A stretch of DNA of 64,000 bases from NCBI GenBank assembly GCA_027623195.1, contig JAQBUT010000001.1, forward strand, positions 32,001 through 96,000, given 5' to 3'. Origin of the DNA: Chloroflexota bacterium (lineage in GTDB: Bacteria; Chloroflexota; Dehalococcoidia; Lucifugimonadales; JADFKI01). Shown in pieces: positions 9,147 to 19,166 of the stretch. The notes under the pieces were generated by a model. It was not told the origin of the DNA. It worked only from the letters and a program-made list of their open reading frames with translations, and ran no database searches. Numbering within the stretch: the first letter of the stretch is position 1; every line of letters begins with the position of its first letter. The translations under genes and the position numbers were made by a program.

Positions 9147-9671
9147 TTGGTTAACTGGCAAAATAACCCGGACCTAAGCCACATGAGCGACAACGACTAC
9201 CATGCACAACAGGTTCTTAGCCTAACGGAGCAGATTGACGCAGAACCTGAAAATCCCCGGAACTACTTCCTGCGAGGGAACGCCTATCTGGATGGCTCAA
9301 ACTACGCCTCAGCACTCGCCGACTACTCGAAGGCCATCGAATTGGACCCGGACGACTCTGTGCTATTCAACAATCGAGGCATCGCCTTCCGTTGTCTGAT
9401 GGAAACCGATAGAGCCATCGAAGACTACTCCAAGGCTCTCGAAATGAACCCGCAATACAGGGACGCTTACAACAACCGCGGCATGGCGCTATCCGATAAG
9501 TCCGACTACGAGGCCGCTATCACCAATTACACTCAGGCCATCGAACTGGATGACAAATTCTGGTACGCCTACAACAACAGGGGAATGGCGCTGTGGGCGG
9601 TAGGCAAACGAGATGAGGCGGTGGCAGACTACGAAAAGGCCAAGGCATTGATGGGCCTCAACCCCGGCTAG
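9147..9671 (+). CDS. Tetratricopeptide repeat protein
   Basis: Repeated Y/FNNRG...A..DY.KA.E..P units; TTG start after GGAGGA (alternative ATG at 9183). Confidence 0.88.
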   Translation: MVNWQNNPDLSHMSDNDYHAQQVLSLTEQIDAEPENPRNYFLRGNAYLDGSNYASALADYSKAIELDPDDSVLFNNRGIAFRCLMETDRAIEDYSKALEMNPQYRDAYNNRGMALSDKSDYEAAITNYTQAIELDDKFWYAYNNRGMALWAVGKRDEAVADYEKAKALMGLNPG

Positions 9672-9773
9672 ACGGCTTAATCTCGTGTTAAAGACGACCA
9701 GTCGCCATTGAACTGGACGCCACCTGTAGTGTATATTTCATGCGCGTTTCCACCCTGATTTCGGCTGATATAA

Positions 9774-11366
9774 ATGACGGACTTCGCCCAGGTCTCGGTT
9801 ACCCCTGACCAACTCACCATCGTCCCAGCAGGGCAGGCCCGCTCTTCGATTTTTATCCAGAACTCCAGCACCGTTGTCGATGTATTTACCATCGAAGTGC
9901 AGGGGTTAGACGAATCGTGGGTGGAGCTTTCCGTTAACAGCGTCTCGTTGTTCCCCGGAGACAGCGCCACCAGCGACCTCACGTTGAGTGTCCCCAAGAC
10001 CAGCGGTGCCAAGGCAGGTACTTACCCCCTCACCATAAAGGTAAGCTCCCGCAAGGACCCGTCGATCAGCATGGACGTCGAATGCGCGCTGGAAGTCGAG
10101 CCTTATTATGATGTGAGCGCGGAGCTTAATCCCCAGCAATTGACAGGGGCTGGAGGTCAGTTCACGGCCTCTTTGACGAACTCCGGCAACACCGAGATGG
10201 AGATCGGCCTTAATGGCACGGACCCTCAGGCGGCGCTGCACTTTACATACTCAAGGCAAACGCCTCGATTGGCTCCCGGTGAGACGCAAGAGGCAACTGT
10301 AACCGTGACGGCACGGCAGCAGCCGTTACGCGGATTTCCGAAAACGTACCCTTTTCAGATAAGGGCCACTGGTCCACTGAACACTGCGCGACCATTAGAA
10401 CTGCATGGTTCACTGACCGTTCCCCCCAGGCTTCCAAGATGGGCATTTCCAGCGGCCATCGCCTGCGTGGTAGGACTTATCGCGATTATCGCATTGGCAA
10501 TCACATTTGGCGGCAGGAGAGATGACGCTCCGGTAGCCTCGCCTATCTTGATTACCGCTGGTTCTCCACTAGCCGGGGCCATGGATTTAAGCTCCGGACA
10601 ATTGCGGAGCTTCGAGGTGCTCGTTGAAGAGCCAGGACTCCTGATTTTGCAGGTGCAGTGGGATGTCAAAGGCAACGGACTTCGGGTTAAATTCGCCGCG
10701 TCGGAGTCGGACCAGGCGTTCATACAGACGTTACGGGCTGCGGGCCTACTCACGACTTTTGTCGATGAAGAGCTGCTGATCCCATCTGGCGAATACAGCA
10801 TTCCCCTTGGACAGGCCTACGTGTCCAAGGCGCTATCCGTGTCGTTCCAAAACAAGACTAGCAGCGATACAAGTAGTACGTTTAGCCTGTCTTTTCAACC
10901 AGCATCCGCTGTGACCCCGGAAGCAACGGCTACGGCTATCCCTGTGCTTCTGCCGTCGGCCACGTCCACACCATCACCTATTGACTCGCCCACACCATCG
11001 CCTACAGCATCTGCGACGGCCACGGCTACCGTTACGCCAACGCCCGCGCCCAGACGAACGCTGAAGATCGAGCCCGTGCTGCCAACCGCCGGGAAGATTG
11101 TCGTTTCACCGCAGGCCAACCGGGACGGCACATACGAAGACGGTACGTCTATCACCGTCTCGGCACAGCCTGCAAGAGGGTGCTCGTTTGGCGGGTGGTC
11201 CGGCTCCATGACGACACCAGATGAGAAGCTTAATTTCGTGATCGACAGCAACGTAGCGCTTAAGGCAACATTCTGGTGCCTGATTCCCATAGTCACACCC
11301 ACACCTACGCCTGGCTTAATCATATTTCCGACCTTTACGCTCCCCCCACTAAAGCTTCTGCCTTAG
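9774..11366 (+). CDS. Membrane-anchored protein: Ig-like (COG1470-type) domains, TM helix, Pro/Thr linker, InlB-B-like repeat
   Basis: SLFPG/NSGN Ig-like repeats; hydrophobic span AAIACVVGLIAIIALAI; TPSP repeats; Y..GT.ITVSAQP..G..FGGWSG. Confidence 0.7.
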   Translation: MTDFAQVSVTPDQLTIVPAGQARSSIFIQNSSTVVDVFTIEVQGLDESWVELSVNSVSLFPGDSATSDLTLSVPKTSGAKAGTYPLTIKVSSRKDPSISMDVECALEVEPYYDVSAELNPQQLTGAGGQFTASLTNSGNTEMEIGLNGTDPQAALHFTYSRQTPRLAPGETQEATVTVTARQQPLRGFPKTYPFQIRATGPLNTARPLELHGSLTVPPRLPRWAFPAAIACVVGLIAIIALAITFGGRRDDAPVASPILITAGSPLAGAMDLSSGQLRSFEVLVEEPGLLILQVQWDVKGNGLRVKFAASESDQAFIQTLRAAGLLTTFVDEELLIPSGEYSIPLGQAYVSKALSVSFQNKTSSDTSSTFSLSFQPASAVTPEATATAIPVLLPSATSTPSPIDSPTPSPTASATATATVTPTPAPRRTLKIEPVLPTAGKIVVSPQANRDGTYEDGTSITVSAQPARGCSFGGWSGSMTTPDEKLNFVIDSNVALKATFWCLIPIVTPTPTPGLIIFPTFTLPPLKLLP

Positions 11367-11445
11367 TACCAATCATCCAGAACCAACCAGACAGGCCAAT
11401 TATCGTTGTAACTGATGATTAGCGAATTTTGCCGAATATTCCACC

Positions 11446-11481
11446 TTGACAGAGACAAATGTTCTGCAATACATTTGTTCT
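11446..11481 (+). promoter_or_regulatory. Sigma70-like promoter overlapped by two LexA-like boxes
   Basis: TTGACA at 11446; GAGAC-AAAT-GTTCT (11452-65) and AATAC-ATTT-GTTCT (11468-81). Confidence 0.4.
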
Positions 11482-11523
11482 AATCCTTTTCAAATCTAAA
11501 CCACATCCTCTGAGGAGAACGTA

Positions 11524-11877
11524 ATGGCAAATCCGATAGTTCATTGGGAAATAGCAGGGAGGGACGCTGCCAAACTGCAGGAGTTTTACGGCGGCCTGTT
11601 CGATTGGAAAATAAACGCCATGGAGAATATGGGCGGATACCGGATGGTTGAATCTGGCGAGAGTGGCCTAACCGGCGGCCTCATGCAAACGGAAGGGGAC
11701 ATGCCACCAAACTACGTCATATTCTACGTTCAAGTGGACGACTTACAGGCCTCTCTGGACAGCGCCGTGGCTTTAGGAGGAACGGCAGTAATGCCTCCGA
11801 CACCAATTCCCGGGGTAGGGGCATTCGCTATATTCGCCGATCCTGAGGGCAACAACATAGGAATGTTCAAGGGTTAA
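11524..11877 (+). CDS. VOC family protein
   Basis: IVHWEI, FYGGLFDW, FYVQVDD, FADPEGN motifs. Confidence 0.92.
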   Translation: MANPIVHWEIAGRDAAKLQEFYGGLFDWKINAMENMGGYRMVESGESGLTGGLMQTEGDMPPNYVIFYVQVDDLQASLDSAVALGGTAVMPPTPIPGVGAFAIFADPEGNNIGMFKG

Positions 11878-12154
11878 TACGGCAGACGAGAACGACATCA
11901 GTTCTTGTTAACAACACTGAGGGGGAAGAGAGAATGGCGGGATGCAAGGGACCCTTGGCAAAGACAGCGTTGTACAGAGTAGAACCGGCTGCACAGCATA
12001 GGGTGAGGCACATTGGCCCTGTTGGGTCTGACGGAGCGCTACTCAAGGAAGATTGCAGGGCCAGCCGAAAAGCCAGACGTCGCCTGACCTCGCCGGCACA
12101 CAGGCGGGCGCTGCGGTGCATGCTAGGTATCTAAAGATGTTGGAAGGACAGAAC

Positions 12155-12583
12155 ATGATAAGACACGTTGCGGGTATCGCAGAAGTTGTTGAGGACGTTG
12201 GGTCTGCCGTCAGGTACTACACAGATGTCCTCGGGCTATCTGTAGAACACCAGGATGGTTCGGGCTACGCAGTGGTGGATGTGCCCGGCGTACTTCATTA
12301 CGGCTTATGGTCGCGTAGGGCAGCAGCCGAGGCCACCTTTGGCGACCCGCAGGCAGCGGACCGTATCCCCCTTGGCTTCAGCGTTGGTTTCGAGGTCGAT
12401 AATGTGGAAGATGCCAATCGAGCGATGCTAGCGGCGGGAACGGACTTTCCTCAGGCCCCAAAAGAGGAGCCATGGAAGCAGGTGACCAGTCGCTTCATTT
12501 CCAGGAGCGGCGCGCTGTGCGAAATATCCAAAACGCCGTGGGCGAGGCGGATCACCCAGCAGATGCGGGCCTCCGAAGAGTAG
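12155..12583 (+). CDS. VOC/glyoxalase family protein
   Basis: VEDV..AVRYY.DVLGL, GFEVDNV, EEPW.Q..SRF. Confidence 0.85.
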   Translation: MIRHVAGIAEVVEDVGSAVRYYTDVLGLSVEHQDGSGYAVVDVPGVLHYGLWSRRAAAEATFGDPQAADRIPLGFSVGFEVDNVEDANRAMLAAGTDFPQAPKEEPWKQVTSRFISRSGALCEISKTPWARRITQQMRASEE

Positions 12584-12631
12584 CCTTTCAATTAGGGGGC
12601 ACCCACTCTGCCGCCTAGGGCGAACTGTCGG

Positions 12632-14227
12632 TTACCAGCCCACAGCACAGCCATCATTACGTGGCTCGCTGCCGCCCCTAAGCACCCCGGTCTCCGAATC
12701 CCTTTCGATGATTTGCCCACCACCGAAATACAACGGATGCGGCTCGTGTATCTCCGTCTTGTGGCCTTTGGACCTTAGCTCGTAAGCCACCATGCCGGAC
12801 ACCATAGACTCCAGTCCTATGACGCCCTCAGATGGCCTATAGCTAAAGCGTGGCGCGTTCAGGGCTTCCTGCGGGTCAAGGCCAAAGTCGATCATGTTGA
12901 CCAGCGCCTGCAATTGACCCTGCGCCTGCTGAACCGTTCCCATTACGCCGTAGCTAAGCCACAACTCGTCGCCTTTGGTGGCCATGCCCGGAATGAGCGT
13001 GTGATACGGGCGCTTGTTGGGTTCCAACACATTTGGGTGCTGAGCATCCAGCGAGAATGAAGCCCCTCGACTCTGCAAGGCCATGCCGGTCCCTGGCACC
13101 ACCAGCCCCGAGCCAAAATCCGAGTAGACGCTGTTGATAAGGGAGCAGGCATTGCCTTCGCCGTCCACCGCCGTAATGTACACCGTGTCGCTCTTGATAT
13201 TGGGATCACCAACCTCAATATTAGCAATGGCGGCGTTCCGATGAATTAGTTTTCGCCTCTCCTCGGCGTATGCCTTGGAGATCAGCCTGCTAGTCTCAAC
13301 CTTCATTTTGGCGGGATCGGTTATGTAATGCATGCCGTCCGTCATAGCCAGGCGTATGCACTCGATCATGTGGTGGAAGGTCTCGCTCTTCTGGAAGCCT
13401 GTGCCAGCCAGGTCAAACCCCTCCGCTATGTTCAGGGCCATGAGTAGGTTGACGCCCTGGTTATTGGGCGGGCACTGCCAGCAAGTCACCCCTCGATAGT
13501 CTGTCGAAATAGGGTCCACCCAGTCGGCGGAGTGGCCTGCCATGTCGTCAGCCGTGAGCCAACCACCCAGGCCTTGCACAAAATCTGCGACCCTTTTGGC
13601 CAGCGGCCCTTTGTAGAAGGCTTCGGCTCCTCCCTCCGCGATGGCGCTGAGCGTGGTGGCAAGCTCAGGTAGTTTCAGAAGCTCACCGGCCTTGGGCGCT
13701 CTACCATTCAAAAGCAGCTCGCCGCCAGATGGCTGTGCCTTCAGCCTCGACACGCCCTCCTGCCACTGCATGCTTATTACCTCGGTTACGGGATATCCGT
13801 CCGTGGCGTAGGCTATGGCGGGCTTCAAAACCTCGGAAATAGGCATTTTGCCAAAGCGGTCCAACAGCGCCTGCCAGCCGCTAACGGCACCAGGCACCGT
13901 GACGGAGTACGGGCTGTTATCCGGAATCGAGCGCATACCCTTTTCGCGTAACTCGTCCGCCGATGCCGCCGCAGGGGAGTGGCCGCTGGCGTTGAGAGAA
14001 TAGACCTTCTTTTCCGATGAGTTGTAAACCAGCGAAAAAAGGTCCCCACCCGCGCCGGTGGAGTGAGGCTCCACCACATTGAGGGTGGCCGCTGCAGCTA
14101 CCGTCGCGTCGACAGCGGTGCCGCCGTTCATCAACATACGTAGTCCAGCCATGGCCGCCAACGGTTGACTTGTAGCAACCATACCCTTGGTAGCCATAAC
14201 TGCTGATCTTCTAGAATTGAACCTCAT
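12632..14227 (-). CDS. ggt: Gamma-glutamyltransferase
   Basis: GMVATSQPLA, GGDLF, VTVPG, nucleophile DTVY, KRPYHTLIP. Confidence 0.95.
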   Translation of the reverse strand: MRFNSRRSAVMATKGMVATSQPLAAMAGLRMLMNGGTAVDATVAAAATLNVVEPHSTGAGGDLFSLVYNSSEKKVYSLNASGHSPAAASADELREKGMRSIPDNSPYSVTVPGAVSGWQALLDRFGKMPISEVLKPAIAYATDGYPVTEVISMQWQEGVSRLKAQPSGGELLLNGRAPKAGELLKLPELATTLSAIAEGGAEAFYKGPLAKRVADFVQGLGGWLTADDMAGHSADWVDPISTDYRGVTCWQCPPNNQGVNLLMALNIAEGFDLAGTGFQKSETFHHMIECIRLAMTDGMHYITDPAKMKVETSRLISKAYAEERRKLIHRNAAIANIEVGDPNIKSDTVYITAVDGEGNACSLINSVYSDFGSGLVVPGTGMALQSRGASFSLDAQHPNVLEPNKRPYHTLIPGMATKGDELWLSYGVMGTVQQAQGQLQALVNMIDFGLDPQEALNAPRFSYRPSEGVIGLESMVSGMVAYELRSKGHKTEIHEPHPLYFGGGQIIERDSETGVLRGGSEPRNDGCAVGW

Positions 14228-15219
14228 TTATCTAATGACCTTCCTTGAAATGTTCCATTTAGCGCTGCCTCTCTAAGCGCCGAGTCTATCGACACTACCG
14301 GCGGCCCCTTATCCGTCAGGCACACCTGCACCTTCTGCCCCGGACGTATGCCGAATGTGCGCTCGCCGTCCAAGGCTACAGTGCATGGGCTTAGATCGAC
14401 GTCCGCAGTCTCGCCGAATTCCATTGTAGACCAGCGGGCGATATTTACAGTCGAAATCATACCAGGCGCTATCGGGGCCAAGACCGTTGTCCCGCCGGGG
14501 CCGATATGAATGCGAATACCGCGTTCGTCTGACATGTACGTTGGATTAAGTTGGGCGCCCACGGCCGACAGACCTATGCTAGAAGGCTCGGCCCGCGTAA
14601 GGAATAGTTCGTCCACAGTGTCCAGATTCCATATTGCTCTGGAGCCCACGAAGCGCTCTTTGGATATGGCTACGTCTACGAGAGCGATGTCCTTTATTTC
14701 GCCATCCACCGAAATCTCAAGGAGCTTGCTGGCAACAGTAGAGTTTTCCAAGGAGACCTTTCCACATGCGACGACGCCAGCGGCAAGTCCTGCTATCGTC
14801 CCTTCCACCATTTCCGGGAACACGTTGTTGGTTCCTGTAGAAACAGGCACAAGTGGTACGTTTCTCGATCCTTTGGCCACCGCCCTGTTGGTGCCGTCGC
14901 CGCCCAACGTAATCAGGCAACCGACCTCCATGTCAGCCATCATTCCGGCCGCACGGGTAGAGTCTAGCTCGTCATTGAAGACTGGCATTTCGAGGAATTC
15001 GACGGAGAGGGAAAAGTGAGTGTTATCCAGAGCGCCTCTGCCCAGGGCAGACATGTCTGGCATCATGACCACGCGCTCGACGCCCACTGCGTCAAGGCCG
15101 GCCAGGATACGTTTGAGGATGTTAATCTTTTCCTGATTGGGGACGAATCGCCCGTGAGCCACGAGCCGGCGTATGTCTTTACCAGCGGCTGGGTTTGCGA
15201 TTATGCCTACTGTGGCCAA
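14224..15219 (-). CDS. ATP-NAD kinase family, AcoX-like protein
   Basis: GIIANPAAGKDIRRLVA, LGGDGTNR, STGTNNVFP. Confidence 0.88.
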   Translation of the reverse strand: MATVGIIANPAAGKDIRRLVAHGRFVPNQEKINILKRILAGLDAVGVERVVMMPDMSALGRGALDNTHFSLSVEFLEMPVFNDELDSTRAAGMMADMEVGCLITLGGDGTNRAVAKGSRNVPLVPVSTGTNNVFPEMVEGTIAGLAAGVVACGKVSLENSTVASKLLEISVDGEIKDIALVDVAISKERFVGSRAIWNLDTVDELFLTRAEPSSIGLSAVGAQLNPTYMSDERGIRIHIGPGGTTVLAPIAPGMISTVNIARWSTMEFGETADVDLSPCTVALDGERTFGIRPGQKVQVCLTDKGPPVVSIDSALREAALNGTFQGRSLDK

Positions 15220-15338
15220 GGGTTAATTTCCTTCGCTCTCGGAGGGTTGCGTGAACCAGGACGCATCCTCCAGAACTGCGTCCAGCGCGCGGCGATCGAA
15301 AGCAAGTCTCAGGAACATCATGGAGCGAATCGCCATAA

Positions 15339-16274
15339 TTAGGCCGACCACTTCTGTATCTCAATAAGCGCCTTCGCGATACGCTGCCTAGTCTTCTCGG
15401 CTGACTCAGAATCCCAGGCGTACGTGCCTTGACCTGTTTTTACGCCCAGATTGCCCTTTTCCACGTTGTCGGTAATCGCTTTCGGCGAAGTCGTTTCGTC
15501 GTTAAGGTCTGGCAGAATATGCGAAGTAAGGGCAGCGTATATGTCCAGACCCGCCACGTCGGCTATCTCCAGCGGACCTGCCACGGAGAGTCGTCTGCCC
15601 AAGCCGTAGCGCACCACGGCGTCGATGTCCTCGGCACTGGCGATACCATTTTCCACCAGCGAAAAGCACTCGCGCACCAGCGCTGCCTGTAACCGATTAC
15701 CAATAAATCCCAGGGCCTCTTTTTGCACCCGAACAGGGCGTTTACCGATTTTCTGGAACAGGTCAAAGGCGGTATCGAATGTCTCGTCCGACGTGCCTTC
15801 GTGACGAACGACCTCAACAAGCGGCACCAGATAGGGCGGGTTGAAGTAGTGGGTCACCAGTACTTTGTCCGGCCTGCCTGTGGCAGACGCTATGCTGCTG
15901 GGCATAAACGTGGATGAATTGCTGGCAAGAATAGTGCGCGCCGGCGTCAACCTATCCAATTCAGCGAATACCCTCTGCTTCAAAGCCAGGTCTTCCGAGA
16001 CGGCCTCGATGACGAAGTCGGCGTCGCGCACTACCTCTGCCAGGTCCGTGCTGGTGCGAAGGCGATCAGGCACTGACTCTGCCAACGCTCCGTCCACCAA
16101 ACCAGCCTCGGCCAAAGTGCGCAGGTTGCGGGACATGTTGGCTTTTGCCTGCCTCAGCAAGTCTTCAGAGAGGTCGTGCAGACTTACGTCGAATCCTGCC
16201 GCCGCGAACTCCTGGGCTATGCCATGTCCGAGAAGGCCTGCGCCAATTATGGCTATGTTTCTTACTTCGATCAC
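15339..16274 (-). CDS. 3-hydroxyacyl-CoA dehydrogenase family protein
   Basis: GAGLLGHGIA, VIEAVSE, ASNSS, HYFNPP, GFIGNRLQ; GTG start after GGAGAG. Confidence 0.93.
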   Translation of the reverse strand: MIEVRNIAIIGAGLLGHGIAQEFAAAGFDVSLHDLSEDLLRQAKANMSRNLRTLAEAGLVDGALAESVPDRLRTSTDLAEVVRDADFVIEAVSEDLALKQRVFAELDRLTPARTILASNSSTFMPSSIASATGRPDKVLVTHYFNPPYLVPLVEVVRHEGTSDETFDTAFDLFQKIGKRPVRVQKEALGFIGNRLQAALVRECFSLVENGIASAEDIDAVVRYGLGRRLSVAGPLEIADVAGLDIYAALTSHILPDLNDETTSPKAITDNVEKGNLGVKTGQGTYAWDSESAEKTRQRIAKALIEIQKWSA

Positions 16275-16597
16275 AAAGCTTCTCTCCAGAAAATGCCGGG
16301 AATCTTGATTGAATTTACTCCAACCTGGCGCAGATGCCCAGGATGATCTTTTGCTTTGGGAAAACCATCTTAACCAGCGCAGGGCTGAAGGGGAAGTGGC
16401 AGTCCAGACTGGCAACCCGTTTAGTGGGCGACTGCGTTGTCCAGAAGCCCTGTCTCCCCTCCGACTTTTGGCGCATTATATCATCTCACGTGACATTTCC
16501 CGTTCACAGGACTTACCGAAAGGTTTACCTTGGAACTGTCGACCCAAAGCGATATGATTCCAGGCATAATACTTGGGAGCTGACGGGGAGCGAACAC

Positions 16598-17572
16598 ATG
16601 AGAGAACTCGCCCTATTGGCTGACGTAGGCGGCACCAATACCCGCGTGGCCCTCGTAGACGAGACCGGCGCTATGCTCATACGCCAATCAGAGAGCACCC
16701 AGGCCGAAGCTGGCAGAGACGCTGTTATGGAGCGTCTGGCTACGGCTATACGAGAGGTCGCATCCACCGCCGACGCTTCTTCCATAGTAGGCATTGGCCT
16801 GTCGGTGGCCAGCCCCGTCGACCCGGCAACAGGGGAGATGTACAACCCGCCAAACCTTCATGGAGAGGGGTGGCACCTTTTCTCCCCAAAGACGTTTTTG
16901 CAGGATAAGTTGGGCCTTCCGGTGTCGCTGGCCAACGACGCCACATTGGGGGCAATGGGCGAGCACGCCTTCGGAGCAGGTAGGGGCTCCGACAACATGA
17001 TCTACTTAACGCTTAGCACGGGCATCGGCGGCGGTGTCATAATGGACGGACGACTTTATACGGGCCACAAAGGCTTTGCTGGAGAGATCGGCCACATCAC
17101 CATCGACAGGAACGGCCCTACATGTAACTGCGGCAACGTCGGCTGCCTTGAGGCCATGGCTTCCGGAACAGCGGTGGCGCGCATGGCATACGAACGACTG
17201 TCGGCAGGGGAGTCCAGCACATTATTGGCAGCTGCTGGAGGGGACGCCTCTGCCGTGGATGCCAGAATGGTGGCGGAGGCTGCCAAGTCAGGAGATAAGT
17301 TGGCTCAGTCGCTGATGAGTGAGGTGGGCACCAACCTGGGGATCGGTATCGTTAGCCTTATGCACGTTTTCGATCCGGAGCTTATCGTAATTGGCGGGGG
17401 GATGTCCCAGAACCTAGAGATGCTGATTCCAGAGATAGACCGGGAGATTCAACGGCACGCAATGGCCCATCTGAAGGACCGGAGGCCTGTGGTGAAGTCC
17501 GAGCTTGGGGACGATGTCAGCCTGTTGGGGGCGGCAGCCCTGGTATTTTCCGACCACCGCATTTCTAAATAG
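16598..17572 (+). CDS. ROK family kinase (glucokinase-like)
   Basis: DVGGT, NDA, STGIGGG, GEIGH..CNCGNVGCLE. Confidence 0.93.
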   Translation: MRELALLADVGGTNTRVALVDETGAMLIRQSESTQAEAGRDAVMERLATAIREVASTADASSIVGIGLSVASPVDPATGEMYNPPNLHGEGWHLFSPKTFLQDKLGLPVSLANDATLGAMGEHAFGAGRGSDNMIYLTLSTGIGGGVIMDGRLYTGHKGFAGEIGHITIDRNGPTCNCGNVGCLEAMASGTAVARMAYERLSAGESSTLLAAAGGDASAVDARMVAEAAKSGDKLAQSLMSEVGTNLGIGIVSLMHVFDPELIVIGGGMSQNLEMLIPEIDREIQRHAMAHLKDRRPVVKSELGDDVSLLGAAALVFSDHRISK

Positions 17573-17628
17573 TTATTACAGGCCCCAATAGATTGCCGTT
17601 TGATTTGCACCAGAGGTATTTTTACGGC

Positions 17629-17698
17629 TTATCCTTCGACAAGCTCAGGGCCAACTTCATATTATGCATACGTTCGCGGTGAGTCCATCGAAGGATGA
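17629..17698. repeat. REP/REPIN-like palindromic element
   Basis: ATCCTTCGACAAGCTCAGGG...GTTCGCGGTGAGTCCATCGAAGGAT imperfect inverted pair between convergent genes. Confidence 0.6.
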
Positions 17699-17739
17699 AT
17701 TAACGAAGAAGGTCTTTTTGGCGCAAGACCACCGCTGGC

Positions 17740-18672
17740 CTAGCCTTGAAAACGGAATCCAAGAGGGTCTTCATCGAAGTCGATGTTGGCCAACGCCTCC
17801 TCGGCAGCTTCCTCCACAGCATCCTCGCCTGTTTTCATGGCCTGTTGCAGAGAGCGCTTTGCCAGCGCACCCCCTATATTACCGATGGCATGAACGGCCG
17901 CCACTTGCACATCCGAGTCCTCGTCCCTTATCAGTTCGACGAGTTGCGGTATGGAAGACTCCTCGCCCAGCAGTCCGCTGGCGTGGGCGGCCTCATAGCG
18001 CATGGCCGGGTCGTCGTTATCCAACTCGGCCATAACTATGGATAGCCACTGGCTGTCGGAGCTTCGTCCCATGGCATAGATGGCGCTCTGCCGCATATTG
18101 AGACTATCGCTCTTGTATGCTTCACGAATAATCTCACTGGTTTCGATGGTATTGAAGCTGCTGACGGCCTCAATGCACCGCCTGCGAACCTCCTGCTGCT
18201 CCTCTTCGTCGTCTATCACCTCCATCAAGGCATCACGAATCTTATCGCCATCCCTTGAGAGGATCTTGCCCTGCTGGAAGAGGTCTGTAAACTTGGAGAG
18301 GGAGACTGCGGACGCAGCGCGCACTTTAGCCGATGGGTCCTTTTTCAGTAGTCCTATCAGAGGGCGAATAACAACACGGTCATCGCATTCAAAAAGACCT
18401 TTGGCGGCCTGTTCCCTGACGTCTTCACTATCATCGTTTAGAAGCGCTCGAAACATAGCGGTGAAGTCCATCTCGATGTTGTCTTCACTCAACTCCGCCA
18501 GTCTGGACATTATCTGTGTCTTGCGTGGGTCCGTTAGGGAATACCAAGTGTTCTTGAATTCGAAAAGGTCTTCGCTGGCCAAGCTGGAAAGCTGTAGGAG
18601 GCCCGCGTGTTTAAGGGGCTGACTTTCGTCTTTTAGTTCAGTTACGAATTTTTCTAATGTCATGAAGCTCAC
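17740..18672 (-). CDS. HEAT repeat protein
   Basis: Repeated D....VR..AA..L units. Confidence 0.9.
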   Translation of the reverse strand: MSFMTLEKFVTELKDESQPLKHAGLLQLSSLASEDLFEFKNTWYSLTDPRKTQIMSRLAELSEDNIEMDFTAMFRALLNDDSEDVREQAAKGLFECDDRVVIRPLIGLLKKDPSAKVRAASAVSLSKFTDLFQQGKILSRDGDKIRDALMEVIDDEEEQQEVRRRCIEAVSSFNTIETSEIIREAYKSDSLNMRQSAIYAMGRSSDSQWLSIVMAELDNDDPAMRYEAAHASGLLGEESSIPQLVELIRDEDSDVQVAAVHAIGNIGGALAKRSLQQAMKTGEDAVEEAAEEALANIDFDEDPLGFRFQG

Positions 18673-19166
18673 TCACATGCGTATCGGTCTGCGAACCGTC
18701 GTTGGATAAAGGCGGCTGTGGGCTGAAATTAGCACCTGATGTGAACAGGTCTGGAGCCTCACAGGGGCTGCTCATGAGGCTTTAATCACCATAATTTTAT
18801 AACTTTTGATTCGCCACTGCGTTTTTCGAAAGTCTAAATGGTTTGTTAAGACTTTCACCAATTTTGACGTTAATGTAGGCTCAATAATTTTGTCAAGTCG
18901 AAGGCGGTCTTTCATCACATCATATTGACCAGCGGGACCCATCTTTAACCACCCATATTGTGTGCGTTCGATATTGGCTCGATATCTTCTGACGCCTCGC
19001 AGACATAGGTAAGCACACCGATTAGAAATGCGTCTCTTGACAGCGTTTGCCATCGCCCGTACTATGCGGCGCACAGGGCCATTCACCTTCGAATCCAACA
19101 CTGTTCCAGCGCGAATTTGACTGGCAAAATCAACTCTTCAATTCATTCATTTTAAGGAGACCGCAC

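Noticed and set aside
11934..12134. 66-aa ORF between the two VOC genes with a purine-rich upstream stretch
   Set aside because: No recognisable motif or supporting composition; cannot be supported.
18772..19101. 109-aa minus-strand ORF in an AT-rich spacer; RANIERTQYGWLK faintly recalls IS5-type transposase ends
   Set aside because: No DDE motif, terminal repeats or RBS found; resemblance too weak.
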